NCBI GenBank assembly: GCA_029261995.1
Contig: JAJDAF010000050.1
Coordinates: forward strand, 215,152-279,151
Direction of reading: 5' to 3'
Source: Candidatus Zhuqueibacterota bacterium
GTDB taxonomy: Bacteria; Zhuqueibacterota; Zhuqueibacteria; Oceanimicrobiales; Oceanimicrobiaceae
DNA: 64,000 bases
Positions 1-8,568 of the stretch are shown one piece after another. Position 1 is the stretch's first letter. Each line of letters starts with the position of its first letter. The position numbers and the translations under genes were made by a program. Under the pieces are notes generated by a model. That model ran no database searches. It was not told where the DNA came from and saw only the letters and a program-made list of their open reading frames with translations.

Positions 1-2
1 TG

Positions 3-602
3 GAGGCGATCTCGCACTATCGCGATGTGGACTTATTCCTGACCGAAGCGCACCGTGTGCTGAAAAAAGGTGGCGTTGTCATTGTTTCGGATGGCAACAA
101 CGGTGCAAATCCATCGGTTCGCAGCAAAACCTATGAAATCTGGGATCGATTCGAGAATGGGCCGGTGGCGGATTCAGTACACGGTCATCGCATTGAGCGA
201 ACCTACGTGGACATGCGCAAAGAAATCATTGCAACGAATTTCCCAAAGATTTCCAGCAACGAAGTTAATGAACTCGCGGCAAGAACTTTCGGATTGGGCG
301 ACCAGAAAATCATAGAGGTGGTCCGGCAGTATCTTGATGGCGGTGAGAAGCCAAACAGCAAGTTCAAGATTGGCGTGCCAGCCTTCAATCCGCAAAAAAA
401 CGACTATATCGAGCGGCTGTTCGACCCGCGCGATCTGGCGCAGCAAATGGAAGAGATCGGCTTCAAGGCGACGCCCTACGCCCATTTTGGCGGCGCAGGA
501 GAAAAAGGCCTGAAGGGCAAAGCCAATGCTGTTCTGCGGGCAATCTCTCCAATCTCCTTGCTTGCTGCCCCAACGTTTAAGTTGGTCGGGGTGAAGCGCT
601 AG
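3..602 (+). CDS. class I SAM-dependent methyltransferase, 5'-truncated by the window edge
   Basis: Frame is open from the window start: EAISHYRDVDLFLTEAHRVLKKGGVVIVSD matches the 'H..D....L.E..RVLKxGG' motif of Methyltransf_11/25 enzymes. The SAM-binding motif I lies upstream of the window. Confidence 0.75.
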   Translation, partial: EAISHYRDVDLFLTEAHRVLKKGGVVIVSDGNNGANPSVRSKTYEIWDRFENGPVADSVHGHRIERTYVDMRKEIIATNFPKISSNEVNELAARTFGLGDQKIIEVVRQYLDGGEKPNSKFKIGVPAFNPQKNDYIERLFDPRDLAQQMEEIGFKATPYAHFGGAGEKGLKGKANAVLRAISPISLLAAPTFKLVGVKR

Positions 603-722
603 GTCGCGGCGTGAACGTTTTCATGCGCGAAACCAACTGGCGTTGGCAGATGGATTCAACTGCTTGCCAGGTCGGCCGGATACCAGTTCCGGCATGTGCT
701 GTTTCACGAAACATGCGTTGAC

Positions 723-2690
723 ATGACATCTAAAGAAAACTTGTTTGGCAACATACTTAAGACGCTGAGCTGGGGCCTGCTTGCAGGACTGCTCTGGGGC
801 CTCTATGAGGCAAGCGTGCTGCTTCTGACGCAATATCGCGCATTGATTGGCCAGGACGCCAGTGGCATCTGGAATCTCTACTCAGCGGCCCTTTTGAATT
901 ATGGATTCTTCGGGCTGGTACTCGGCGGCGCCTCGTGCGCATACCTGACAGCCACGTGGTTGACCTTCAAGAAAACACGAGAAGACTTTGCTGCCGGCCG
1001 CTACTTTGTGTTGAGCATAGCCGTTCTGGTAATGGTGCTGTGGGCGGGAGTTTATGCAAACCGCTACCCGTTGGCGCGCATTCCGCTTTCACATCCCTTC
1101 TCGATTGGGGCAAGCCTGGCGATCATCGTGGCAGGGTTTGCGCTCCTTCAGATTTTGTACAGGACGGTAGGAGGGCGCAGCTCAAGTCCCCAAACGGGCC
1201 TCCTGAATTTAAAAACTGTCGGCAAAATGTTGGCGCCGCCGGTGGTGGTTCTGCTGGGTGGTCTGATTCTGCACAGCTTTAGCAGTCAAGAAACGGCCAC
1301 GGCCGAGACTGACCTGACTACCTCCGCTGGAAGCACAGTTGTTTCGCACCCAGATGCCGGAAACCTGGATGCTCCTCCGAACATCATTTTGATCACAGCC
1401 GAAACCCTGCGGGCCGACCACCTGCCGCTGTACGGTTACGACAAGCCGTTGAAGACGCCAAACATCGAAAAACTGGCCCAACAGGGTGTAACGTTCGAGA
1501 ACTATTTCACCAATTCCTCCTGGACAAGGGCATCGGTCACGTCGATCATGACCTCTTTGTTCCCGCAGCAGCACGGGGCCACGGGCCTGCACGTGACGCT
1601 GATGGACAGCGTCTTGACCCTGCCGAAAATTCTGGAGGCCCATGGTTACCACTCGGCTGCATTTCTCACCAACGTCAATTCTGTTTCAAAGGGCTTTGCG
1701 TTTTCCGAAGTCTACTATGATGAAATGATCGAAGCGTTCCGGAATCCGCTGGCGGTCTCGCCATTTTCACTCAAGCCATTCCTGGTACGGCGTCTGCTCG
1801 GAACGGAGAATCAGTTGTCTCAGGATTTCCCCTTCGTATTTCCGACGGAGTTTGTCAACGATTGGTACCTGGATGCGGCAAACGTCAATTCGTTCATCCA
1901 GAAGTGGTTGGTCACAGCTCCGGAGAAGCCGTTGTTCCTCCAGATTCACTATCTGGATCCGCACGAGCCGTACCTGCGTCACCCCTACGAGGCTGTACAA
2001 TTCAATCTGAAATCGGGGTGGACCGTTGACTCAATTGTTGAGCTTTATGACCAGGAAATCGAGTATCTCGATTCTGAGTTGGGCCGACTACAGAAAATTC
2101 TCGCAGCAGCCGGAAGACTACAAAACAGCCTGTTCATTTTCACTTCGGACCATGGCGAGGAATTTCTTGACCATGGTGGTTGGGGGCATGGCAACCACCT
2201 CTATGATGAAACCTTGAGGGTACCCCTGGTCATGCGCTTTCCGGATGGCAAATGGGCAGGTTCGCGCGTGGCCAGTCCGACCTCGAGTGTTGACCTGGCG
2301 CCGACCATTGTTGAAGCCGCCGGAGTGGATGCACCGCCAGACTTTGAAGGCCACAGCCTGACGCCGGTGATCACCGGAGCCGAGCAAGGTCATCGACTGA
2401 TCACTTCGCACCTTCTGGCGCCTTCGTTTGAAATGGCGTCTATCATGAAGGACGACATGAAGTTCATTTCCCGGACTGGACTCAATTCAGGCAAATATCT
2501 GTTCAACTTGGCGCAAGACCCAGGCGAACAGAAGAATCTGATTGAGCAGCACCCTGAGATCGCAGCCGAGCTTGAAGCCACACTTGCAATAGTCGATCAG
2601 AAGTTTAAGGCGGAGCAGCGTCAGGGCAAACAACTGAGCCTGACCGAAGAACAAAAGAAAAGATTGCGGGCGCTGGGCTACTTGAAGTAG
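723..2690 (+). CDS. membrane-anchored sulfatase-fold (alkaline phosphatase superfamily) hydrolase/transferase
   Basis: About 5 N-terminal hydrophobic helices, then NIILITAETLRADHL, SWTRASVTSIMTSLFPQQHG, HYLDPHEPY, YDQEIEYLD, FTSDHGEEFLDHGGWGHG, VDLAPTI; ends RLRALGYLK. ATG 723 preferred over GTG 696. Confidence 0.85.
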   Translation: MTSKENLFGNILKTLSWGLLAGLLWGLYEASVLLLTQYRALIGQDASGIWNLYSAALLNYGFFGLVLGGASCAYLTATWLTFKKTREDFAAGRYFVLSIAVLVMVLWAGVYANRYPLARIPLSHPFSIGASLAIIVAGFALLQILYRTVGGRSSSPQTGLLNLKTVGKMLAPPVVVLLGGLILHSFSSQETATAETDLTTSAGSTVVSHPDAGNLDAPPNIILITAETLRADHLPLYGYDKPLKTPNIEKLAQQGVTFENYFTNSSWTRASVTSIMTSLFPQQHGATGLHVTLMDSVLTLPKILEAHGYHSAAFLTNVNSVSKGFAFSEVYYDEMIEAFRNPLAVSPFSLKPFLVRRLLGTENQLSQDFPFVFPTEFVNDWYLDAANVNSFIQKWLVTAPEKPLFLQIHYLDPHEPYLRHPYEAVQFNLKSGWTVDSIVELYDQEIEYLDSELGRLQKILAAAGRLQNSLFIFTSDHGEEFLDHGGWGHGNHLYDETLRVPLVMRFPDGKWAGSRVASPTSSVDLAPTIVEAAGVDAPPDFEGHSLTPVITGAEQGHRLITSHLLAPSFEMASIMKDDMKFISRTGLNSGKYLFNLAQDPGEQKNLIEQHPEIAAELEATLAIVDQKFKAEQRQGKQLSLTEEQKKRLRALGYLK

Positions 2691-2823
2691 TCTGTAAGAC
2701 CCAACGGAACGACCGACTGGTTTTGCAGTTACCTTGCTTTGGCCTGCGGGATTGGCTGTAGCGGAAACGGTTGACACAATTTTGAGCTGCATAAGCAGTA
2801 AAGATGTTATAAAGGAGGCACGG

Positions 2824-4635
2824 ATGGAACGGAGATGGAGAACTCAATGGATGACAGCGTGCAGCGCCGCGCTTCTGCTAGCCGCAAGCCTGACGCCGCT
2901 AACAACCGTGGTTGCTCAAGGCAAACACCCCTACCCCAGAATTGGGACATTCCACTTCTTCCGCGGCCAGGTACCGCCTGATTGGCATGCCCGAATGGAC
3001 CTTGTGGATATCAACAAAACCGACCCGGATATTCCGCGGGCGATCAAACGAAAAAATCCAAAAACCGTGGTGTTTTCAACAAGCGGTTGGACGGTCTGGA
3101 ACAGCAATAATCCGATTTCTGACACGGATATCAGCTTTCCGTCCGAGTGGTTTGCTCGTCGTGCTGATGGCTCGCCAATCGAGTTCGCTGGTAAGAAATT
3201 TCTGATCAATCTTTCAAATCACTGCCCGAAAGTCGATGGCAAGCGCTACAATGAACTGCTGCCAGACGTGCTCATTGACCGCGTAGATCTAACCGCGTTT
3301 GACGGCATTGCCAGCGACTGGCTCTGGCGCAAGCCGCATAACCAAACCGACATCGATCTCGACAACAACGGCCGCAACGATTACGACGAACACGGCAACG
3401 CTTGGGTTGAAGCGGAGTGGCGTGCCGGCGTGGAAACTCTGCTGCAGATTCTGCGCGGCAAGATGCCGCCCAATCGTTACGTCCTCGTCAACTCCGGACT
3501 GTTCCACCAGTATGGTTGGAACACCACCAACGGCCTGATTCTCGAAAACTACCGTGGCGTGCGCGGTTGGAACGGTTTCGAACGCAATTACTTCGGCTGG
3601 AGCGATACTTCACTGGAGCCGCGCATGATGATTTTCGACGTCATGCCGTCGCCAAAGGACCCGCGTATCAATGGCGAGCCGAAGGATTACTACACACACA
3701 TGCGCTTCATGCTGACCATCACACTCTTGGGAGAGGGCTATTTCAGCTATTCTGATTTTGAGGCCAGGGCGCTGCACCATTTCGACAAGTACTACGATGA
3801 ATATGATGTCGAGCTTGGCTGGGACCGCACCGGGCCACAAAAGTTGACCAATGGCTGCTGGGTTCGATTTTTCGATAAAGGCGTCTCCATCACCAATCCA
3901 TCTACTTCGACGACCAGGGTCAGTGATGGCGACTTGCGTGGTTTAAACGGCTACAACGGGCCTTACTACCGTTTTCTTGGGGGTCAGGATTCGCAGGTTA
4001 ACAACGGCCAGCAGTTCGATGGCATCGAGCTTTTTGGTGGCAAATTGGACGACGGCCTGATTGTCGGGGATGGCATCATTTTGTTGACCGAGCGCAAAAC
4101 CGTCATCGCGGATATCGTGGTGGACCAGCAAAACGCCGAGACCTCGCCCGGAAGCAAAAATGCGGACCTGCAGGGCGGCTGGACGGAAACCAATGATGTT
4201 GAAGACCCCTACAGTTTTCGCCAGGCCAAACACAACGGCTTATTTGGCGTCGCCTTTGCCAGTCCTGGCAGTGGCGGCAGCAAGGCGATCTATACTCCTG
4301 AAATTGGCATCGCCGGGGAGTACGACGTTTATGAGTGGCATGGCAAGCTCGAGGGGTTCAATATGGCGACCAACGTGCCGGTCAAAATCACCATTAACGG
4401 AGATGTGAAATTTAACCAGCGCATCGACCAGTCGCGCCAGTCCGGAAGCTGGAACCATCTCGGCAAATTCAGTTTTCCGGTTGGCGCTCGTTCTCGCATC
4501 GAGCTTTCAAATGACGCCAACGGTATGGTGGTAGCGGATGCCTTCAAGCTGGTTTCCGTGACTTCAGAGCAACCCGACAGAGATGTGACGGCGCCCACAA
4601 CGCCTTCCGGAGTGCGTGTCTCGAATGGCAATTAG
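2824..4635 (+). CDS. secreted putative glycoside hydrolase (GHL15-like) with golvesin/Xly-like C-terminal beta domain
   Basis: AGGAGG RBS at about 2813 and a signal peptide (MERRWRTQWMTACSAALLLAASLTPLTTVVAQ). Motifs FDGIASD, NGLILEN, MRFMLTITLLGEGYF, YYDEYDVELG, WVRFFDKGVSITNP resemble the GHL15 family. C-terminal YTPEIGIAGEYDVYEW...IDQSRQSGSWNHLGKFSF...VVADAFKL is golvesin-like. Assigned from recalled motifs. Confidence 0.65.
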   Translation: MERRWRTQWMTACSAALLLAASLTPLTTVVAQGKHPYPRIGTFHFFRGQVPPDWHARMDLVDINKTDPDIPRAIKRKNPKTVVFSTSGWTVWNSNNPISDTDISFPSEWFARRADGSPIEFAGKKFLINLSNHCPKVDGKRYNELLPDVLIDRVDLTAFDGIASDWLWRKPHNQTDIDLDNNGRNDYDEHGNAWVEAEWRAGVETLLQILRGKMPPNRYVLVNSGLFHQYGWNTTNGLILENYRGVRGWNGFERNYFGWSDTSLEPRMMIFDVMPSPKDPRINGEPKDYYTHMRFMLTITLLGEGYFSYSDFEARALHHFDKYYDEYDVELGWDRTGPQKLTNGCWVRFFDKGVSITNPSTSTTRVSDGDLRGLNGYNGPYYRFLGGQDSQVNNGQQFDGIELFGGKLDDGLIVGDGIILLTERKTVIADIVVDQQNAETSPGSKNADLQGGWTETNDVEDPYSFRQAKHNGLFGVAFASPGSGGSKAIYTPEIGIAGEYDVYEWHGKLEGFNMATNVPVKITINGDVKFNQRIDQSRQSGSWNHLGKFSFPVGARSRIELSNDANGMVVADAFKLVSVTSEQPDRDVTAPTTPSGVRVSNGN

Positions 4636-4696
4636 TGCAATGATTGCGAGCCAGATGAAGAGAGTATTGTGAGAGATAGAAAGGATTCGATTCTGA

Positions 4697-6613
4697 ATGC
4701 AGCAAGATAATACAAGTTTTGGCGCCTGGGTGAAGGCATTTTCCCGCAGCGCACTGTGGGCTGGTGGAATTGTTGGCGGGCTGGAGGCTCTGATTGTCGT
4801 GTCTCGAATCCTCAGCAGCAATGCTGTCGAGCTGGCGCTGCTTCTGCAAATTGTGATTTTTGTAAGTTTCGCGATAGCGCTGTTTGCGGGGCTCTTGCTC
4901 ATCTTCAATCTCATCTTCCTGCCCGTGCTCTATTTGCCGCTGAAGATGGTTGTCTCTCGATTTCAGAAGATCGGGCCATCGCAATTGAGTTGGGTGCTCA
5001 ATTTTCTTACAGCGACCTTTTTCTGTTTCCTGTTCTGGGCACACTACAATTCCGGCCGCTCGCTGCTCTCTGGCAAATCACTGCTTTATTCGGGTTTGGC
5101 GTTTGTCGGTGCTTTGGTCCTGGCGGAAATCGCAGCCCGACTCATGCATGGAGCTTCTGACAAACTCAAGTTGTGGCGCAAAGGAAAGCCAAGACCTTTT
5201 GTGGTTGTCTGGCTTCTGGTTCTCGGCGTGGCGCTGTTCATGAACTCGAATGGCATGGCTGGCGTTAGAAGCGCCAAGCCGAATGTGCTCTTGCTTATCA
5301 TCGATACACTGCGGGCTGACCGGCTCGGTTGCTACGGCTATGACAAGCCCACCTCGCCATCCATCGACCGGGTGGCCAGTGAAAGCGTGCTTTTTGAACA
5401 AGCTTACGTGTCGTGGGCCTCGTCTTTGCCGTCGCATTCGTCCATCATGACCTCCATGCAGCCCTACCACCACGGCGCTTTTCCAAACGGGAAATCTCTG
5501 AACGCCAAGCTTTTGACGCTGCCGAAGATTCTGCACGAGTACGGGTATAAGAATGCGGGCTTTGTTTCGAATACACTGGTTGGCAATCAGTACAATTTTG
5601 AGCTTGGGTACGACACTTTCACCGACCTGACCAAGTTTGACTACCACGACACCAGTTGGCAAATGTGGGTACGCACACTCGATACGATTCGGTTGTTCGA
5701 CAAAATCACTGACCGTGATTTGTTCACCGATTTGGCGCTTTCGTGGATTGAAAAACATCGCCACCGACCCTTCTTTCTCTGGGGGCAATGGCTACAGCCG
5801 CATGCACCGTACGAGCCGCCGGCCAGGCATCTGGCCAAATTCGAAGAGAGTTATTCCGGAATCGCCGACGGTAGCCTCAAGCAGATTTTCGACATCCGGC
5901 AGGGTAACGTGACCTTGAGTGATTCCGACCAACAACACTATTCTGCGCTTTACGATGGCGAGGTTGCTTGGTCAGACGAGCAAATCGGCGCCGTGTATGA
6001 TAAGCTGACCGAACTCGAGTTGCTCGAGAACTCGATCGTCATTATTACTTCTGACCACGGCGAAAACATGTTGGAACACGGACTGGAATATGGCCACGCC
6101 GGGGTCAACGAATCGAGCGTGCGGATCCCTTTGCTCGTACGACTGCCGGGCGGTAAGCGGATGCAGTTGGCACACGTCGTGCAGAGCATCGACATCGCCC
6201 CGACTGTACTCGACCTTCTGGACATCCCCATGCCTGACCAGTTTCACGGCAGGAGCGTTGTCCCACTGGTCGAGGGGCAGAAGGTAGAGTGGCCGAACGA
6301 AGCGTTCAGTGTCGGGTTTTGGAAGAAGCGCAATTTTTTCGGTCTGCGCAATGGGGATTGGAAGCTGATTCTGGATGTGCGGCAGCAAAATCAGACCTGG
6401 GCGCTATACCATCTACCCACAGACCCGCACGAGCGAAAGAATCGTTACGAAACTGAGCCCGGGACGGCGACCAAGATGAAGCACGCCATGGAGATTTGGC
6501 TTGCGAACGAGTTTGAGAATCTCGATCTCGTATACAAGCCCGGCGGTTTTTTTGAAGAAGATTTTGATGAAAAGACAATTCAGCGGCTGCGAACGCTTGG
6601 ATACATCAAGTAA
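4697..6613 (+). CDS. membrane-anchored sulfatase-fold hydrolase/transferase
   Basis: About 5 N-terminal TM segments; NVLLLIIDTLRADRLGCYG, SSLPSHSSIMTS, PHAPYEPP, YDGEVAWSD, ITSDHGE, SIDIAPTVLD; ends RLRTLGYIK. Confidence 0.88.
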   Translation: MQQDNTSFGAWVKAFSRSALWAGGIVGGLEALIVVSRILSSNAVELALLLQIVIFVSFAIALFAGLLLIFNLIFLPVLYLPLKMVVSRFQKIGPSQLSWVLNFLTATFFCFLFWAHYNSGRSLLSGKSLLYSGLAFVGALVLAEIAARLMHGASDKLKLWRKGKPRPFVVVWLLVLGVALFMNSNGMAGVRSAKPNVLLLIIDTLRADRLGCYGYDKPTSPSIDRVASESVLFEQAYVSWASSLPSHSSIMTSMQPYHHGAFPNGKSLNAKLLTLPKILHEYGYKNAGFVSNTLVGNQYNFELGYDTFTDLTKFDYHDTSWQMWVRTLDTIRLFDKITDRDLFTDLALSWIEKHRHRPFFLWGQWLQPHAPYEPPARHLAKFEESYSGIADGSLKQIFDIRQGNVTLSDSDQQHYSALYDGEVAWSDEQIGAVYDKLTELELLENSIVIITSDHGENMLEHGLEYGHAGVNESSVRIPLLVRLPGGKRMQLAHVVQSIDIAPTVLDLLDIPMPDQFHGRSVVPLVEGQKVEWPNEAFSVGFWKKRNFFGLRNGDWKLILDVRQQNQTWALYHLPTDPHERKNRYETEPGTATKMKHAMEIWLANEFENLDLVYKPGGFFEEDFDEKTIQRLRTLGYIK

Positions 6614-6663
6614 TGAAAGTTGCGCCCGCGCCCGCTGAAAAATGAATTGCCTGAGGAATTAGT

Positions 6664-8466
6664 GTGAACTATCTTAGACGTATAAGTGTGAATGTTGTTT
6701 TAGCCGCGACCCTTTTAACCGCCGCCAGCTCGATGGCTCAGCCAAATGGTCTTGGCGCTGACGGCAAAACCTTTGAACAGCGCCGTGACGATTGGCAAGC
6801 CCAGGTGCCAAGTCCCAGCGGCTCCATCAGCATGGTGGACCGCCGCAACTATTTGTTCACCTGGCTTGACGCCGGCGATCTTGATGGCGTGGTCTCCGAG
6901 ACCATCGAGAATTTTACGCGCGGCTATTGGCTGAACGACATCCGGGCGCAGCACGGTTTCGCTGCCGCGCTTCTCCTGAAATACGGTTCCAAAGGACGTG
7001 GCGTGCTTGGCGCGGGAGACGAGGATAACATCACGTCCAAGTACGACGACTGGATTTCGAGCAGCGGCACGTTTGGTGATTTAAATCCGAACAAACAGGT
7101 GTTTGCGATGGTGGGCGTTTATCTTTACACTACGAATTTTGACCGCAATCTCAAATTTCCCAACTTCGGGTACCCGGTAACGCTGAACCCACCGGTGCCC
7201 GGGCATTACAAGAACCACTGGCCATCATTCAGTTACAACGGCCACAGCTACGAATACGGCGGAGGCCCTTACAACGCCCGCCAGCTTGCGAAAGACTGGC
7301 TGGAGTGGGTGATGGATGGTCAGTATGTCCGCAAGCGGTCGCCGCGCGGTAATCGCGAGTTCGATTCCATCGTGTATGCCCGCGCTTACCCCGCGGCCAT
7401 GGCGATCCTGGCTGATCTGGCAGACGATCCCAAGCTGGCGCGCAAAGCGAAAATGTGCGCGGATTTGGCCCATCTCGACGCGGTGCTCGATTTTTCCGCC
7501 AACGCCTGGGGCGGCGCCATGGGGCGCAACGACTACCGGAAGAATTCTCGCTCGCCAATTTATCCTTTTCACCATTTTTGGGGAATGGGAGACAATCTTG
7601 ACGGTGACGAAGAAAAATGGAATGTGACCGCAAATTACTACCTCGACTACCGGGTGCCCGACGTTGCCGTGGATGCCGGTGTGCTGGAGGATGAGCCGGA
7701 CGACTATTGGCATTTCCACCAGGAGTACAACGAAGGCTATCTCAATGGAGAAGGCAAGGGCAAGTGGAATTGGGTGACAAAGTTCTACAATCTCGGCTCA
7801 AATGTCGGTCAGCCGCGCAATGGCTGGCAGCTTAGCGTCAAGGGCAGAGGACGGACCGGTTTTATCAGACTTTGGGTAAATGAGAGAGCCACCGAGCCCG
7901 ACGACAACCAGGAAACAAACTACATTGGCAGCAAGGGCAATCAGTTTCGCAACGCGTTGTTTGCGAACATCGGCAGCGGACCAAAACTTTGGGAAACTAC
8001 CACCGACGCAAGCTGGGAAATTGTCGATAAGGACGGAATCTGGAGTTTTCGCAAGCTGGGAAGAGTTATGGTCGCCGTGGGTATCGGCGCCTCCACCGCC
8101 TCGGTTGAGGTTGCCATTTCCGGTGTGGATTACCCGGACTGGAATGCTTTCAAGCAGGCCATTAAACAGAACGCGCTGCTGACCGCGGACTCCTATACGA
8201 CCTCCCGGGGCGCCGTAATTGGTAAGAAAGACTACTGTGGACTCAACGAGCCTGGCGACATCGACTTCCCGTTTCCGCGCATTCAAACCGTGGACCACCG
8301 CGGCAATTCGATTGTGAGCTGGCAGAACAATGTCATGACCGTTGCCCGGCATGGAAAGAAAATCGTTTACAACTTCAACAACTGGACTTACTCGGAGGAT
8401 GACTCCGAAGGGGATTTTGATGCGCCGCAGGTGCCGGTGGGCGTCAAGGTGCGGAGCGCGGACTAA
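6664..8466 (+). CDS. secreted hypothetical protein (600 aa)
   Basis: GAGGA RBS, GTG start, signal peptide (MNYLRRISVNVVLAATLLTAASSMAQ). Trp/Tyr/Asp-rich; helical middle (NREFDSIVYARAY...GGAMGRNDY) and beta-rich C-terminal half. No family recognised with confidence. Confidence 0.75.
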   Translation: MNYLRRISVNVVLAATLLTAASSMAQPNGLGADGKTFEQRRDDWQAQVPSPSGSISMVDRRNYLFTWLDAGDLDGVVSETIENFTRGYWLNDIRAQHGFAAALLLKYGSKGRGVLGAGDEDNITSKYDDWISSSGTFGDLNPNKQVFAMVGVYLYTTNFDRNLKFPNFGYPVTLNPPVPGHYKNHWPSFSYNGHSYEYGGGPYNARQLAKDWLEWVMDGQYVRKRSPRGNREFDSIVYARAYPAAMAILADLADDPKLARKAKMCADLAHLDAVLDFSANAWGGAMGRNDYRKNSRSPIYPFHHFWGMGDNLDGDEEKWNVTANYYLDYRVPDVAVDAGVLEDEPDDYWHFHQEYNEGYLNGEGKGKWNWVTKFYNLGSNVGQPRNGWQLSVKGRGRTGFIRLWVNERATEPDDNQETNYIGSKGNQFRNALFANIGSGPKLWETTTDASWEIVDKDGIWSFRKLGRVMVAVGIGASTASVEVAISGVDYPDWNAFKQAIKQNALLTADSYTTSRGAVIGKKDYCGLNEPGDIDFPFPRIQTVDHRGNSIVSWQNNVMTVARHGKKIVYNFNNWTYSEDDSEGDFDAPQVPVGVKVRSAD

Positions 8467-8568
8467 CTTGAACCGCAGATCGAATTCAGACTCGATGCCG
8501 ACGTGGTTCGACCGACAGAGTCCGGATGAAAACTCAACGACATCTTATCAAGATATTCAGGAACTTCA

